The notes: generated by a model from the sequence alone, not told the origin. 64,000 nt of DNA from Eimeria praecox (GCA_963920595.1 OY986950.1:310001-374000), one strand, 5' to 3'; counted from the stretch's first letter, positions 23,400 to 37,900 are shown. Made by a program: numbers and translations.

Positions 23400-26300
23400 C
23401 TTTCTGAGTATTCAATAATCTTGTCAGCGAATAACGATGCAAAGGCCAATGCAGCTTGTCTGCGGTGACAGAACAGGCGGCTCACACGAGTCTGCTGTTA
23501 ATTGGTGACGCAGGAAGTGCGTTAATATTTGATGCCACGGTGACGGGCTGAGTATAATTTGTGACTGAGCGAGCCTTCATGTGTACAGCATATAGAAGAT
23601 ACTGAGCGTTCAAGGTCACATGTGTCATGCAGCGAAGCCTATCCGACGGTAGCTTCTAGTTTTGCTATGTACTGACCGCTTGCGGTAATATTCAAAATAA
23701 ATAAGCTTTTGACGAGGTGCGTATTGAAGCAATAGCATCTTTCAGTTGTTCATTGATTGGTTGGGCTGGCCAATTGTGAAGAGAGTATGCTCCTGCTAGG
23801 CAGTTTGCTGGGTACAAGGTTGGTAGGCAAAGCCCCCCATAATACATCTTTCGGCAAGATTTACAAATTTGACCAAAATCCCAGAAGGCAAAAGGCAGTT
23901 TTAGAAGAGCACCAGGTGCCTTACAGTTAGAAGATGCCCTAAACGTCGATGCAACAACAATACATTGCTTGCAGCAGCTACACATTGCTTGATGTTACGC
24001 CACGTCCTTCTAGAATAAGCTAAGGCAAGTAATGTGATTTGCGAGTGCGCTGGTATAATACGTATTCGGCCCCCATAAACGCCATAAACGCAAACACCGA
24101 GATTAGCGTACACCCTAAAGATAAACTCCAAAGGCTGCACCTGCTCTCAGGCGGCCCCTTGCCGGCTCGCAGAGTCCCCTATTCGAGATTCGAAAGCACT
24201 TCCTCTGCCGCTGAACAGGCAAACTGTAAGCCCTAGCTTCCACGCTGCAATTCATCAATGAACTACAATGTAGCGCTATGCTCCTTTTCGGTACGACGGA
24301 TACATTGCCTAAAACACGCAGAACCCCGAAAAGCCAAGCAAAGTCGCCCAGCACTTGCACTGTGGGCTAGACCTAGTGAGACACAAGTTGATCCGTGCAA
24401 GGCGGGCTCTCGAATGTGGCTTCGCGCAGTCAGTCACCTTGTCCTTGAAAGGCAACAAAGGATTAAGCTTGATCACTATACATGAGTTAGCTTCTTGTTC
24501 AAAGGCTTCCTATATTTAAAGGCATATGGGAGCCCTAAAAATAATCTCGCTATAGTATTTTTGAACTTACACTGATGTGCAACCCTCAACTCCTCTGCAC
24601 CCTAATGACCAGGCAGTGGACTAACCTCTGTGAGCTTCATTCCAGAGAGTTCGTTAAGGGTGACCACGGTCCATCCACTGGTAAAAAGAAATACTTTGGG
24701 AAATATGGACGGCTTTTGGTGGTATGCCGTGATGCATTGTGGCAGCGTTGTGTCGCTGCTTGGTTTCCTGGACCCAGTTGAGGGTGGCTCGCTCTTGGGT
24801 CGTTGTGCTAGTGGTTCTTTGCTTTTAACGTCGCAGATGGGCTGCGCCCGTCCCCTCATATGATCATGTCAGCACGAAAAGAATGAGAAAACTGGGAAGC
24901 CTCAGCGCCGGTTTGTTGCCGGAGGCGTGCGAGGAGTGCTTACTTGAACGCAGGAATGTGGCTATGACGCAGTGCTATTCGATATCGGTCTTAACGGGCT
25001 AGCAGCCTTTTGGTGATAATATCTGATCTACTGCAGGAAAGCTGATCACTATGTTTGTCTCGATCTAACGCAGGACGGGGCGCGGCATAGACAAAGTTCA
25101 GGCGTAAGCATACACGCTTCGGGTGCACACCCCCTGCTCGAATGGTGATGTCAACATTGTTCAGCCCACGCCGCAGGACGACGCCAAGAATCGTCTGAAG
25201 CAATTCCACAGCGTGATAGGTATGAAGCAAGACTCTTGCGCCCATTCTGAAGTGCGACTACGGTTTTATTTTGCTACAAGGTTTGTGTCGTGCTTTATCC
25301 CGAAGCGTGTACGTCGCCCTCAGGGAGTACAGAGGGCAGGCGCAAATGCCAAGAGCTGCGCACTCTTACTAGCGGTACCTGTAGCTTGTTTGGTCTCATT
25401 GCCAAGGAACCATGCTTCCGGTTTTGTGTATTTTGTGGCGCGTCAGGAAGAACAAGCCGTTAACGGCATGCAGGCTCTAATACACAAAATATTGCTAGCC
25501 AGGCCTTCACTTCACAGCGAATATTCTACCGGCAGTACCTATCAGATCACGATTGGCTTCCTGCAATTGCAATTGGTAGAATGGTTCAATTGACTCCCAA
25601 GACCCATAGTTTCCTGAGGGAATACAACTAAACCCTCGGCTAGCGCTGCCTATTGTGTTTTGCTAGTTTTTCCGGGCTGTCGGGCTGCAGGCGGAGTGTC
25701 TGTTCCCACAGCATTTATGGGGAAAGTACTGTTCATAAGGCGTTGGTACCTTGTGCTTCACCTTCCCCAGATATACGCGTTTGCGTTGTGCTTCATAGTG
25801 GTTTCATCTGATGGCTTAAAGTCCACCAACAGCATTAGCATCGCACAGCTGCCTGATTATGGTTCCCCTGTACGTAGAGCGTGGAGTGCTGTCGTATCAC
25901 CAGGTGTTGCCCCTGATGAGCGTGCGCCCGTGCAAGAAAACCCAAGGGGTGCCTCTCAAGCTGTTGGCTAGCTTTACACTTTCGCTATCCTTTAACCATT
26001 GTTGATCGCGCTTTGCTGTACTGCTTACGTTCTCTGCAAAGCACGTGCGTGGCGCCCGCCCGAACTTGCACACATTTTCGCACCTGTGGCGTGTAACTTG
26101 TAAAATGCACGCATAGCCGCCTTACTGAGGTGCCTGCCCACGCTTCTGCGTAATCCTGCTTTATTTCTCCGATTTGCTCGTTTCGCTGCAAAGTGTTCTG
26201 GAAGAGCTGAACTAGTATCACAGCTGTTAGACTCATTTGCAAATAGCAGTGTGCTGCATCTGTGGATCGCATCATGGTAGCTGTGTAGTTTAACTTCATA

Positions 26301-27950
26301 AGCAACAAAACTGGTCAAACGTTTTCTTGCTTGGCGGCCCAGTATGGAAGGCGAGGCAGCATATAATGGATTAGCGCAAGCTTGAGGGCATATCCTACCC
26401 AAATAATTCTTCTCAGCACGTACGGGTGCATGCTGATAGTGCTCGCATTCCATCATTCCCCGGAGTTAAACCTTTACAGAAACGAAGAGCATGAAGCTCT
26501 GCAGCCGTGTAGCAGATCACGAACAAATGCTTCAAACACGCGTTTCTGCTTTAAATGAATTCCGTTGTGCTGTGGGCATGAATAATACACAGCCTGATGG
26601 TTTGCGACAGATTTGAAACTGAGCTGCTTTGACAGAGATCTGAGTAAACGAGCCTTAAAATGCATGGTGTGTGTACTGGCCACCTTTGGCTCTCCACTGC
26701 GCAACTGTGGCAGCTGGACGATTTTCCTTTCTGAACTCCTCTCACCTCAAACGTTTCAGAAGGAAATGCGGGTTCGCCGATTTAAGTGCGGCAGCAGCAG
26801 CATCAGGCTATCCTGGTCCTCCACAGCTTTAAACGTTTGGGGCGAAGCACACCACTGAGTTCCTGGCATCAAAAAGCTATGAAACTACGCACATGGCGTG
26901 CGGTGATTGCAACTCCAAATGCCCGTCTTTAGGTGTGAGGAACCGGCTATATGCGCGGGGACGAGGTTGGGACAAGGCGTTGAATCGTCACACATTTAAG
27001 CATAAATGCCTACTGTGATGCTGCAGGTGCACCCGAGCTATTGCATGCAGGTGCCCCTGCAAGATTTCCCTTGATATCTGCTCACTGCTACTGTTGCTTT
27101 GAGCTCTGGAGGCAGTTTGTGCGTATAGGGAATTCACCAACCCCTCGCCAACCAAGCTGGCAAAGGTGCAACGAACAGTGGGTAGATTGCGTTTCCACAC
27201 TCATAACCCTTTTTGATGCGTGAAGTGATACAGCTCCATCAAAGGGGTTGAATACGCTTGTACCTGGCCTGTGTCCATCCGCGCAAGCTGATGGAATGCC
27301 AGAACCTTATTGAGAAGCCAGCAAGCACCAGATTCTCATTTATGAAGATCGACTCAGGCGTGCTAAAACGTACCGTATTCGTGGCCCAGCCGCCGTTTTG
27401 GAACACGGCGAATAAGGAAAATAATACAATGCATCGCTGTTTCCGCAGGCAGCATATGCGCTTGGAAGATCCGATTTCCTGCCCAGCGCTGAATTGATAT
27501 GGCTGTTGGTGTGGCTTGCTTATTCTCAACCCTCAGCGTGTGAGTGGCTTTCCTGTATGGTCACGGGCACGATGAACGTTTTCACGATTATATTGGCGAT
27601 CGTATATATGACCTTCCCGGCAGAGGCATTATAATGAACGTCTAGCTATTTACATGGAACGAGATGCCTTGTGGCGAAGTGCAGCAGACCAGACCCTGGT
27701 TACTACAGGTTGGTGTGAGTAGAGCAATGCTGTTGCAAGAGAGCCGTCCAGTGCAGATAGGCCCTCGGTAACAACTTGATAACGCCCCTTGCAAATCTCG
27801 CCTTGATACAGCGGCCTATGCTTCAGGTGTGGCAGCTGATGCAAACTACAAAGGCTATTTTATCAGCTCCTCCACATGCACAAATGCGCATGCACCTAAG
27901 TCGCATGCATATTCCTCAACTCTCTGTATATGGAACATAGAATGCAGTGA
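23400..27950 (+). mobile_element. Decayed, unamplified Ty3/gypsy pol (RT, RNase H, integrase); boundaries approximate
   Basis: GFWWYAVMHCG (~GLFEY.VMPFG, ~24720), PVACLVSLPRN..GFVY..EEQAV (~PL..LTRK..F.W...QA, ~25400), GAPARFPLISA...ELWRQF...PSWQRCNEQW (~HG.P..LISDRD...ELW..L...SSYHPQTDGQ, 27041-27223), YIGDRIYDLP (~IG..AY.L.LP, ~27600). Confidence 0.68.
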
Positions 27951-28848
27951 ATAGTGGCAAAAACCAAACGATTAAACAGCAGCACTAACTCGAAATTCGA
28001 TTTGTGAATTTCACGTACCCTAGCTACGCCGTCAGTGCTTCTGCATGAACAGAGGTTTGTACAGGGTTTCCACAGGGTAGAAGACTTCGAAGGGTACGAT
28101 TTTTTGTATAGGCAGTTAGCGTTGTATTCTACGTGCATCTGCGCTTATCAAGAAGCCCCACATTGTCGAACTATAACGACAGAGGTGCTATCCCCTGCAA
28201 GCCCCCGGCCACATATCATCACCACGTGACTTAGCAAGTACGACATTCCAGCATAGACCTTAGCAAAGGGAGAATGATAGACACCAAATCCTTTGACATC
28301 TTCACCACACAAATGTGTAGATGCGCTTGCTTTGCAGGAAGTACGTGGAACAGCGAAAGTGCGCACTACTACATTGCTCCCCGTCTGAACACCATGTGCT
28401 GCTTTCAGGCAGTCTACACAGAGGGAAGAGGATTTGTTGTAATATGCTATCCCATAATTCTCGTTCTCTAAACGTTCAGCGGTTGCGCAAAAGGTTGACG
28501 TCATGGACGGGAAGTGGCACGAAGGAAGGGAGAATGCGCAGTACAGTTGGGCCTCTCCATCCAGCGTGCCAGCAAAGAGCAGGGGGCTCACTGTGCGAAG
28601 ACTGCGCATGCGTGGGTGCTATTGGCATCGGGCTCCAAGGCACTGAGGAAACTAACATGTATGATCAATGCTTCTCAGCTCATTCTGTGCCAGACCATAA
28701 GCAATCCCCTAGTGCATGAAAAATCAATCGCGTAGCTGCGTAGCTCCGAGGACCCCGCCAGTCCTGCATTGCAGTAATGATCGCCTAGCCAGTCGTCTAT
28801 AAGTATTAGGGAACAAAAGAGCGCTTGCTCACCACATTCTGGGGTTTA

Positions 28849-28916
28849 GTAGAATCTACTCCTTCAGCTAAGTACTGGCGTTCAGGTCAGTACTTAGCTG
28901 AAGGCGTAGATTCTAC
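28849..28916. other. Near-perfect inverted repeat (29-bp arms, 1 mismatch, 10-nt loop)
   Basis: GTAGAATCTAC-T-CCTTCAGCTAAGTACTG / loop GCGTTCAGGT / CAGTACTTAGCTGAAGG-C-GTAGATTCTAC. Confidence 0.95.
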
Positions 28917-31483
28917 CACACTCCTCCAAGTTTCGCTGCACGCCCAAAACAGAAATGGGGGAGTGTTGCTCGTGTTGAGAGCTTGGACGCAACATTTGGC
29001 TGTTTGATGCTGATAAGCACTTCTAATGTGGCAGCTGTGATTGCAAAGGAGAGACTCAAAGCTGCGTTGACGGGGCAGACGGAGCAAGTGGTGCGACGCA
29101 ACAGTCTAGCTCGGGGTTTCTTGGCTTTGCTTGTTGGCTTGCTTTCCCCTCTGCATCACTTCTACAAGCTGCATAATGGAGGGTGCGGCAGCGCAATGAA
29201 GGGCTCCCCCTGCGGTTTGGAGACACAAGTGGGTTGCCTGTAGCCTTGATATTGTTGCTTGTGCGTGTCAAGCAGCTAGTGCGTTGTGAATGCTGCCAAG
29301 CCGAAGCATTTGCCGCATCTCTGTGCGAGCCATTCTTAGGTTAGCCACTTTGTGTAGTTACTAAGCGGTATTTGATAATGCATTGATCGCTCTAGCTGAT
29401 AACAGGAATGTCTGTTTGCGCAACGGAGCCTGCGGATGGCTCCGTTGATTGCTCTTTGAGCGCGCTGATGAATGGGATTTTATTAAATGCTTGGGACGTC
29501 GGGGTTCATTGTGAATCTCTTGTTATCTTTGCTTCAGAAGGGCTTCAAAATGAGCTGCGTTTGTTATGTTGTGGCTTGATGCTGTCTGTGTACTGTAGTG
29601 CAAGCACCCAGCAATATGCCAATGTTCCATGATTTCGTAACCTGGTCAGAAGAGCGTAACCAGGCCATGACTATTTGCAGACCAGCGTGAATTTTTCAGT
29701 ATGTAGGGTTGCTATCGCGTTGTGCGAGAGGCGAACAATTCCGTGAATGTGCTGAAAAGGGTGTACCGTCGGAAAAACGCCAGGTGCGCTCCGCGAGTTG
29801 CTTAATACCGTAAGTCTAGGAAGTAGTCGGCCGCACTGTGTCCAGCGAGTGAGTGCGAGAGACTAGGTGCCGACCAGCGAGAGCAGCAGACGTGGTTTGG
29901 TAGTGCAGGGCAAGCACCGGTAGTTTCTTCAGCCAACCGTTCGGCTATGGGGAGTCAAAGGTGTTCCAGTATGTACCAATGGCTATGTAGCAAACCATGA
30001 GGACTCTCGCAATGACCACAGCATCGCACGGCTAGCGTGTGGACGTAGGCTCAAAGTCTTTATCTTAGCGACAACGGTGCCACTGCATAGGCAGGACACG
30101 GAGACTGTCTAAAGAAGCAGTGGCGGTTGCAGGAGCCCAGCTTCTCAGAAGCCTGCGGGATCCTCATAAGACTAGAAAGCATGCATGCGCTTGCCTTTCG
30201 GTCTCACGTGGCGTCTTCCTGCCGGTTTGAGTTGGTTTCTGTCGCACATGCAATCAGCTGTGTAGCGTTGGATACTCACCACATATCACGGGGGGCAGCC
30301 AGGGAATTAGCCTTGAGCGTGCTCGTTTGGTCATGTGTGAAATAGCCTTATAGTGAGTAGCCGTGGTTATTTATCTTTTCAATATCACGATGCTGCACAG
30401 CATGCGATGTATGGCATGCGACCTCGAGACACGCTTACCCGCTTCGCGCAATCCTGGTGTTTGATAAGGTTCTGCGTACGACGCCCTGCTCTAGGTCGTA
30501 GAAATTGAGCGGGCAGCCGAAGCGCGTCTTGGGAAGACTAGCGACGCCTCAAAAAATGCTTCGCGTAACTGTCTGAGCAATAGCATATTAAGGTGCCCAC
30601 ATCTAGAAGACGAGCTGCGGATGCCGCACAGATTGCATGCAACATATCAACATGGACGCCTTTGCCATGTGTGAATGGCAGTGTCTAGGAGGTGCCCAGT
30701 GAGCCGCTTGGGCAGTAATAATTACTCTTGTTCTAAGCAACTGAGTTTCAAAGGTGGGGAAACCGACTTATGCCTTCCCCTTTAAGTGTGGCGTTGAAAA
30801 GGGCATCGGCAAGGCTCCCCCAACTACGTATTGCATGCACTATGCCACAGCACGCCGGGAGCCCATCCTCGCTACCTGCATGCACTATGACACTACTTGT
30901 TCACACCAGCAGATACTAGGCTTTTGTGGGAGACCGCATGAGCACGCACCCCCCTAAATGCTTGCTTTGCAGGAAGTACGTGGAACAGCGAAAGTGCGCA
31001 CTACTACATTGCTCCCCGTCTGAACGCCATGTGCTGCTTTCAGGCAGTCTACACAGAGGGAAGAGGATTTGTTGTAATATGCTATCCCATAATTCTCGTT
31101 CTCTAAACGTTCAGCGGTTGCGCAAAAGGTTGACGTCATGGACGGGAAGTGGCACGAAGGAAGGGAGAATGCGCAGTACAGTTGGGCCTCTCCATCCAGC
31201 GTGCCAGCAAAGAGCAGGGGGCTCACTGTGCGAAGACTGCGCATGCGTGGGTGCTATTGGCATCGGGCTCCAAGGCACTGAGGAAACTAACATGTATGAT
31301 CAATGCTTCTCAGCTCATTCTGTGCCAGACCATAAGCAATCCCCTAGTGCATGAAAAATCAATCGCGTAGCTGCGTAGCTCCGAGGACCCCGCCAGTCCT
31401 GCATTGCAGTAATGATCGCCTAGCCAGTCGTCTATAAGTATTAGGGAACAAAAGAGCGCTTGCTCACCACATTCTGGGGTTTA

Positions 31484-31551
31484 GTAGAATCTACTCCTTC
31501 AGCTAAGTACTGGCGTTCAGGTCAGTACTTAGCTGAAGGCGTAGATTCTAC
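31484..31551. other. Second copy of the 29-bp-arm hairpin
   Basis: Identical to 28849-28916, offset 2635. Confidence 0.95.
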
Positions 31552-31999
31552 CACACTCCTCCAAGTTTCGCTGCACGCCCAAAACAGAAATGGGGGAGTG
31601 TTGCTCGTGTTGAGAGCTTGGACGCAACATTTGGCTGTTTGATGCTGATAAGCACTTCTAATGTGGCAGCTGTGATTGCAAAGGAGAGACTCAAAGCTGC
31701 GTTGACGGGGCAGACGGAGCAAGTGGTGCGACGCAACAGTCTAGCTCGGGGTTTCTTGGCTTTGCTTGTTGGCTTGCGTTCCCCTCTGCATCACTTCTAC
31801 AAGCTGCATAATGGAGGGTGCGGCAGCGCAATGAAGGGCTCCCCCTGCGGTTTGGAGACACAAGTGGGTTGCCTGTAGCCTTGATATTGTTGCTTGTGCG
31901 TGTCAAGCAGCTAGTGCGTTGTGAATGCTGCCAAGCCGAAGCATTTGCCGCATCTCTGTGCGAGCCATTCTTAGGTTAGCCACTTTGTGTAGTTACTAA

Positions 32000-34900
32000 G
32001 CGGTATTTGATAATGCATTGATCGCTCTAGCTGATAACAGGAATGTCTGTTTGCGCAACGGAGCCTGCGGATGGCTCCGTTGATTGCTCTTTGAGCGCGC
32101 TGATGAATGGGATTTTATTAAATGCTTGGGACGTCGGGGTTCATTGTGAATCTCTTGTTATCTTTGCTTCAGAAGGGCTTCAAAATGAGCTGCGTTTGTT
32201 ATGTTGTGGCTTGATGCTGTCTGTGTACTGTAGTGCAAGCACCCAGCAATATGCCAATGTTCCATGATTTCGTAACCTGGTCAGAAGAGCGTAACCAGGC
32301 CATGACTATTTGCAGACCAGCGTGAATTTTTCAGTATGTAGGGTTGCTATCGCGTTGTGCGAAAGGCGAACAATTCCGTGAGTGTGCTGAAAAGGGTGTA
32401 CCGTCGGAAAAACGCCAGGTGCGCTCCGCGAGTTGCTTAATACCGTAAGTCTAGGAAGTAGTCGGCTGCACTGTGTCCAGCGAGTGAGTGCGAGAGACTA
32501 GGTGCCGACCAGCGAGAGCAGCAGACGTGGTTTGGTAGTGCAGGGCAAGCACCGGTAGTTTCTTCAGCCAACCGTTCGGCTATGGGGAGTCAAAGGTGTT
32601 CCAGTATGTACCAATGGCTATGTAGCAAACCATGAGGACTCTCGCAATGACCACAGCATCGCACGGCTAGCGTGTGGACGTAGGCTCAAAGTCTTTATCT
32701 TAGCGACAACGGTGCCACTGCATAGGCAGGACACGGAGACCGTCTAAAGAAGCAGTGGCGGTTGCAGGAGCCCAGCTTCTCAGAAGGCTGCGGGATCCTC
32801 ATAAGACTAGAAAGCATGCATGCGCTTGCCTTTCGGTCTCACGTGGCGTCTTCCTGCCGGTTTGAGTTGGTTTCTGTCGCACATGCAATCAGCTGTGTAG
32901 CGTTGGATACTCACCACATATCACGGGGGGCAGCCAGGGAATTAGCCTTGAGCGTGCTCGTTTGGTCATGTGTGAAATAGCCTTATAGTGAGTAACCGTG
33001 GTTATTTATCCTTTCAATAGCACGATGCTGCGCAGCATGCGATGCATGGCATGCGACCTCGAGACACGCTTACCCACTTCGCGCAATCCTGGTGTTTGAT
33101 AAGGTTCTGCGTACGATGCCCCGTTCTAGGTGCCCGACCACGAGGACAGAGTCGGGCTAGCCTACCAAAAGGCGCAATAACGAGCCCCATCACCTTTGCG
33201 GCACGAGGAGACACAGCTTGGCTGACACCGCGTAGCCTATGCACGATAGGTGATTGACACGATGCTCCTTTCCACGCAACAGGATGTGCGGCTAGAAAAA
33301 GAAGCGTAGGATATTCACTGAATAATGAGAGGGGGCGTGAACCTGCCAGTTAGAATAAAAAAAGGACATGGCATTTCGCGGAACAGTTGTAACAGCCTCA
33401 GTAAGCCATCATTCCTACATGCAGTTGCTCTTGTTCCAGACAGCCCGAGCGGAGTATTATCCTGCGTGCAGTTGCCAACAAGCATTGCTGTTCGGCGCAT
33501 AATGTTGCGCCCACAACCGTTTCGTCCAGTAGCCTTTTGCATCGTGTTTCCTGGCATTCCGCTCTGCAGCGTCACATCTGAACATTTTGCGGCTGTCTGC
33601 AGTGTATCTTGGAAGAAGGATCCATTTCCCAGGCAAAACTCGATATACTAGATGCATACACACAGAATCCAGAAACCTTAGGCGAACACCGCGAGCATAG
33701 GGCTGTTGGTGGATGGGTGCAGCTCCCTCAACAGCTTCATCTGGATATCTTGAGTGAGACTGCCGAGATTTGCATTCCACTGCCCTCACAAGTGCAACGC
33801 TTGTGCCATTTGCTCCGCTTTCCCGCTGGATTGACCACGGCGAAACGGTCGATATGTTAGGCAGCGCACGAATCCTCGAGACGTCGCGTAAGAGCTGCAG
33901 AGCACTTCAGGGCATTTCAGCAGCAATTACTTACGTTACGTACCTGGCTGCTTGGCTGCCCAGTCAGTAGGCCGACTCCTGCACACGGCAAAGCACTGCT
34001 AAGCTGCAAAGTCCTCTGTATGATACCACCTTTGGTTATTGCCATGAAATGCCGCTTTTGCCTCACATGAGTACGTGGTTACACGGCAGGGATCAACTTT
34101 GTTTATGGCTACTCATTAAGATACGCGAGCACGTAAACAGGCGGCGCGTGCAGGCGTCAAGCCCTATGCACTGGCAAGTACCAACACTTGCTCTGCAAGA
34201 CCATCAGCCTGAATTTAAATCGAGCGCATATCCTTCCAGCGTTTCGCACCTGCACCCAGCAATGCTGTAGAATGGCATAGACTGGCACTTGCTTCTTTAA
34301 GCATAAAAGACTCAGCATTGAGTGATGGGCGCAAATGGAATGATTGGCGGTGGCCCGCTGAGGCGCGAGGCCTGCTTTGCCCGTTGCGCATTACTCTCAT
34401 GCATCACTGTCCTTTGCAGGCTGCTTTCGTTGACACTAAACGCGTAGAGTGGGCACTTGAGGTTCATATCACTGTGAATAGAACATGATAGCACATTGAG
34501 GGGGTACGCGCTGCGGATGCCCCGACGTTAAACGTTAAGGTTCTGCGGCCTAAGAGCAGCCAAGGAGTTTCTTCCATCACGCGCCTTGGCTGCAGTGCCC
34601 CCTTCTGATGGTTTGTCTTTTTGCTTAGTGGGACGATGCGCGGCATGCGCTAGTGAGCGACAGGGCGTCTTGTGTGTGTTGGAAAGGCTCAAGTGATGGA
34701 GGAGGCCTGACAAGATATTCGGGTGAATATGGGCAAATAGCTGGTGCGTTTTAATGGCAGGGGAAGCGCAATGTTGCTTGTTCCTGCGGGGGGACGTTGT
34801 TTCTGTAGGTGTTCTCCATTAGTTAGCGTGCAAACAGGTTAGCAGAGCGTTTCTCGATCCAAGCTTCAAGCGCAGGAGCCTGTGCAATGTAGCAAGCCCT

Positions 34901-37900
34901 GATGAAGGCGTTTCCTGCTGGAATGAGTATGCGTTTGGTGCCCCCTCCGCAAATACGTACGATACTTCCATATAGCAGACGCTTTGCTGAGGCTGAGTGC
35001 ACCAGTGACGGCTACTACAAAGTGCTCCAATGCGGCCCAATTAATGGCTGTTCCTCTTACCATGTGGCCATCTGCAATGCACCTTAATAGTGTGCCTGCA
35101 CGCATCAGCATTGCGAATGCTTATGATCTATCCGAAGGACGTTGAAACGGCCACCATTCGCATCTATAAACGCCGTTGCTGATAATTCCATCTGCAGCGA
35201 AACGTTGACGATGTCAAGGAAGTGGACAGAGGATCTTTTGGGCTGTGTAAAATGCGTGGGATCACGCGAGGCGTGTAGCCTAAAATCCCGCGTTTCATTA
35301 AACGAAGATGCTCTTCCGCATTTGGCATGCCATTAGTCTTTGGAAGTGCGTAACACGTTTGGGCTGTTGGCGCAACCAAAGCACGCATATGGATGCAAAC
35401 TGTAGACATGCACCATATTCTGAAAAAGGAAGTACGCAAATATCCCCTGCTGCTCCGCAGACTAGGCCGGGAATGACCCAGCGTATTTTGGTAGCTCTGG
35501 TAGGGCGCCGAGCACTTTGCGTGCTCGACTCACAATGAACGCATCTCAAGCCGCATGTTCACAAAGGCATTTCAAGCAAATGTACGAGGCAGTAAAGAAG
35601 TGATCCCGTGTATATGTGCAGGTGGCCGGTGGCTAGGAAAGCACAACCTAGGGTTGGCAGTTAGACAAGCATGGGATCGTCTGCGGTTGATACCGAGACA
35701 GCCTGTGATGGGCCATCTTGTGACCAGCTTCTGCTGCAGCGGGATTGGGGGCTGTTGACGGGTCGAGGAGTGGATTATGGCTCAGCCATGTGGGCGGATG
35801 GGTGAGGTGGGCCAAGGACCTATAACGGTTAGTGCTGTTGGGGCTTGTTTGCCCCTACTTGTGAAAGTGTTAGCCATGTAGTTTCTTGCGCCCCCATGCG
35901 TCTGTGCCCTAAGTGAGGCAGCCACTAGAGCGCGTCTATGCACTCGATGGGGCAGCTGGCTAACGCCATGCTGGCCAGGTGTGGTGCGGCATGAGGAAAG
36001 TAGGCAGGAACCTATCAGCTGCTGTCAACGTATTCTCATGCCCGTTAATGAATTTGCTCTTCTTGGCGGATGGGTGTCATAAGAGTCACCGGTGAACCCT
36101 CTAACAAGTCAGGCATTTGCAACAGAAGCATCTACGCCGTAAATCCATTCATGTGCACAAGCTGGAGGCAGAATGCTTTAGGAGAGCGTGGCGCAGGCGT
36201 GAGGTGGCTTCCTTGGTGAAGGCTTGCATGCATAGTGCGGAGCAGTTCGAGTTGGAAACTCCTGCGTTAGTATTAAATCTTCTTGCGTGGGGCTGCCCAG
36301 GCAATTAGTGCATCGCAGAAAGTGTTTCAATGCACGGGAAGCCACCGTGCAGCAAACAACAGGCGAAGTAGCAGACATTCGCAGTGGTATATGTAACCGG
36401 TTGCATCGAATTGTGAGGACTTGGATGGTTGGCGATGCTACGTCTAACCACCGCGAGAACAAGAGGATACACAGCTTGGCTGACACCGCGTAGCCTATGC
36501 ACGATAGGTGATTGACACGATGCTCCTTTCCACGCAACAGGATGTGCGGCTAGAAAAAGAAGCGTAGGATATTCACTGAATAATGAAACGGCGGGTGAAC
36601 CTGCCAGTTAGAATAAAAAAAGGACATGGCATTTCGCGGAACAATTGTAACAGCCTCAGTAAGCCATCATTCCTACATGCAGTTGCTCTTGTTCCAGACA
36701 GCCCGAGCGGAGTATTATCCTGCGTGCAGTTGCCAACAAGCATTGCTGTTCGGCGCATAATGTTGCGCCCACAACCGTTTCGTCCAGTAGCCTTTTGCAT
36801 CGTGTTTCCTGGCATTCCGCTCTGCAGCGTCACATCTGAACATTTTGCGGCTGTCTGCAGTGTATCTTGGAAGAAGGATCCATTTCCCAGGCAAAACTCG
36901 ATATACTAGATGCATACACACAGAATCCAGAAACCTTAGGCGAACACCGCGAGCATAGGGCTGTTGGTGGATGGGTGCAGCTCCCTCAACAGCTTCATCT
37001 GGATATCTTGAGTGAGACTGCCGAGATTTGCATTCCACTGCCCTCACAAGTGCAACGCTTGTGCCATTTGCTCCGCTTTCCCGCTGGATTGACCACGGCG
37101 AAACGGTCGATATGTTAGGCAGCGCACGAATCCTCGAGACGTCGCGTAAGAGCTGCAGAGCACTTCAGGGCATTTCAGCAGCAATTACTTACGTTACGTA
37201 CCTGGCTGCTTGGCTGCCCAGTCAGTAGGTCGACTCCTGCACACGGCAAAGCACTGCTAAGCTGCAAAGTCCTCTGTATGATACCACCTTTGGTTATTGC
37301 CATGAAATGCCGCTTTTGCCTCACATGAGTACGTGGTTACACGGCAGGGATCAACTTTGTTTATGGCTACTCATTAAGATACGCGAGCACGCAAACAGGC
37401 GGCGCGTGCAGGCGTCAAGCCCTATGCACTGGCAAGTACCAACACTTGCTCTGCAAGACCATCAGCCTGAATTTAAATCGAGCGCATATCCCTCCAGCGT
37501 TTCGCACCTGCACCCAGCAATGCTGTAGAATGGCATAGACTGGTACTTGCTTCTTTAAGCATAAAAGACTCAGCATTGAGTGATGGGCGCAAATGGAATG
37601 ATTGGCGGTGGCCCGCTGAGGCGCGAGGCCTGCTTTGCCCGTTGCGCATTACTCTCATGCATCACTGTCCTTTGCAGGCTGCTTTCGTTGACACTAAACG
37701 CGTAGAGTGGGCACTTGAGGTTCATATCACTGTGAATAGAACATGATAGCACATTGAGGGGGTACGCGCTGCGGATGCCCCGACGTTAAACGTTAAGGTT
37801 CTGCGGCCTAAGAGCAGCCAAGGAGTTTCTTCCATCACGCGCCTTGGCTGCAGTGCCCCCTTCTGATGGTTTGTCTTTTTGCTTAGTGGGACGATGCGCG

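Larger units (their letters stand above)
28325..33131. repeat. Direct duplication of ~2172 bp (28325-30496 and 30960-33131; offset 2635) with a 463-bp unique spacer
   Basis: Equivalent ORFs at 28514/31149, 28825/31460, 29408/32043, 30127/32762. Contains a hairpin and a protease-like motif CVALDTHHISRGAARELAL (30259, 32894). Confidence 0.96.

Noticed and set aside
28148..28609. Surface-antigen (SAG)-like gene suggested by a hydrophobic N-terminus and cysteines
   Set aside because: No recognisable SAG cysteine spacing or GPI-signal tail; the ORF is cut by the duplication boundary.
28325..33131. Pair of LTRs flanking an element
   Set aside because: The repeats are 2.2 kb with only 463 bp between them, contain protease-like coding remnants, and show no clear TG..CA ends or target-site duplication.
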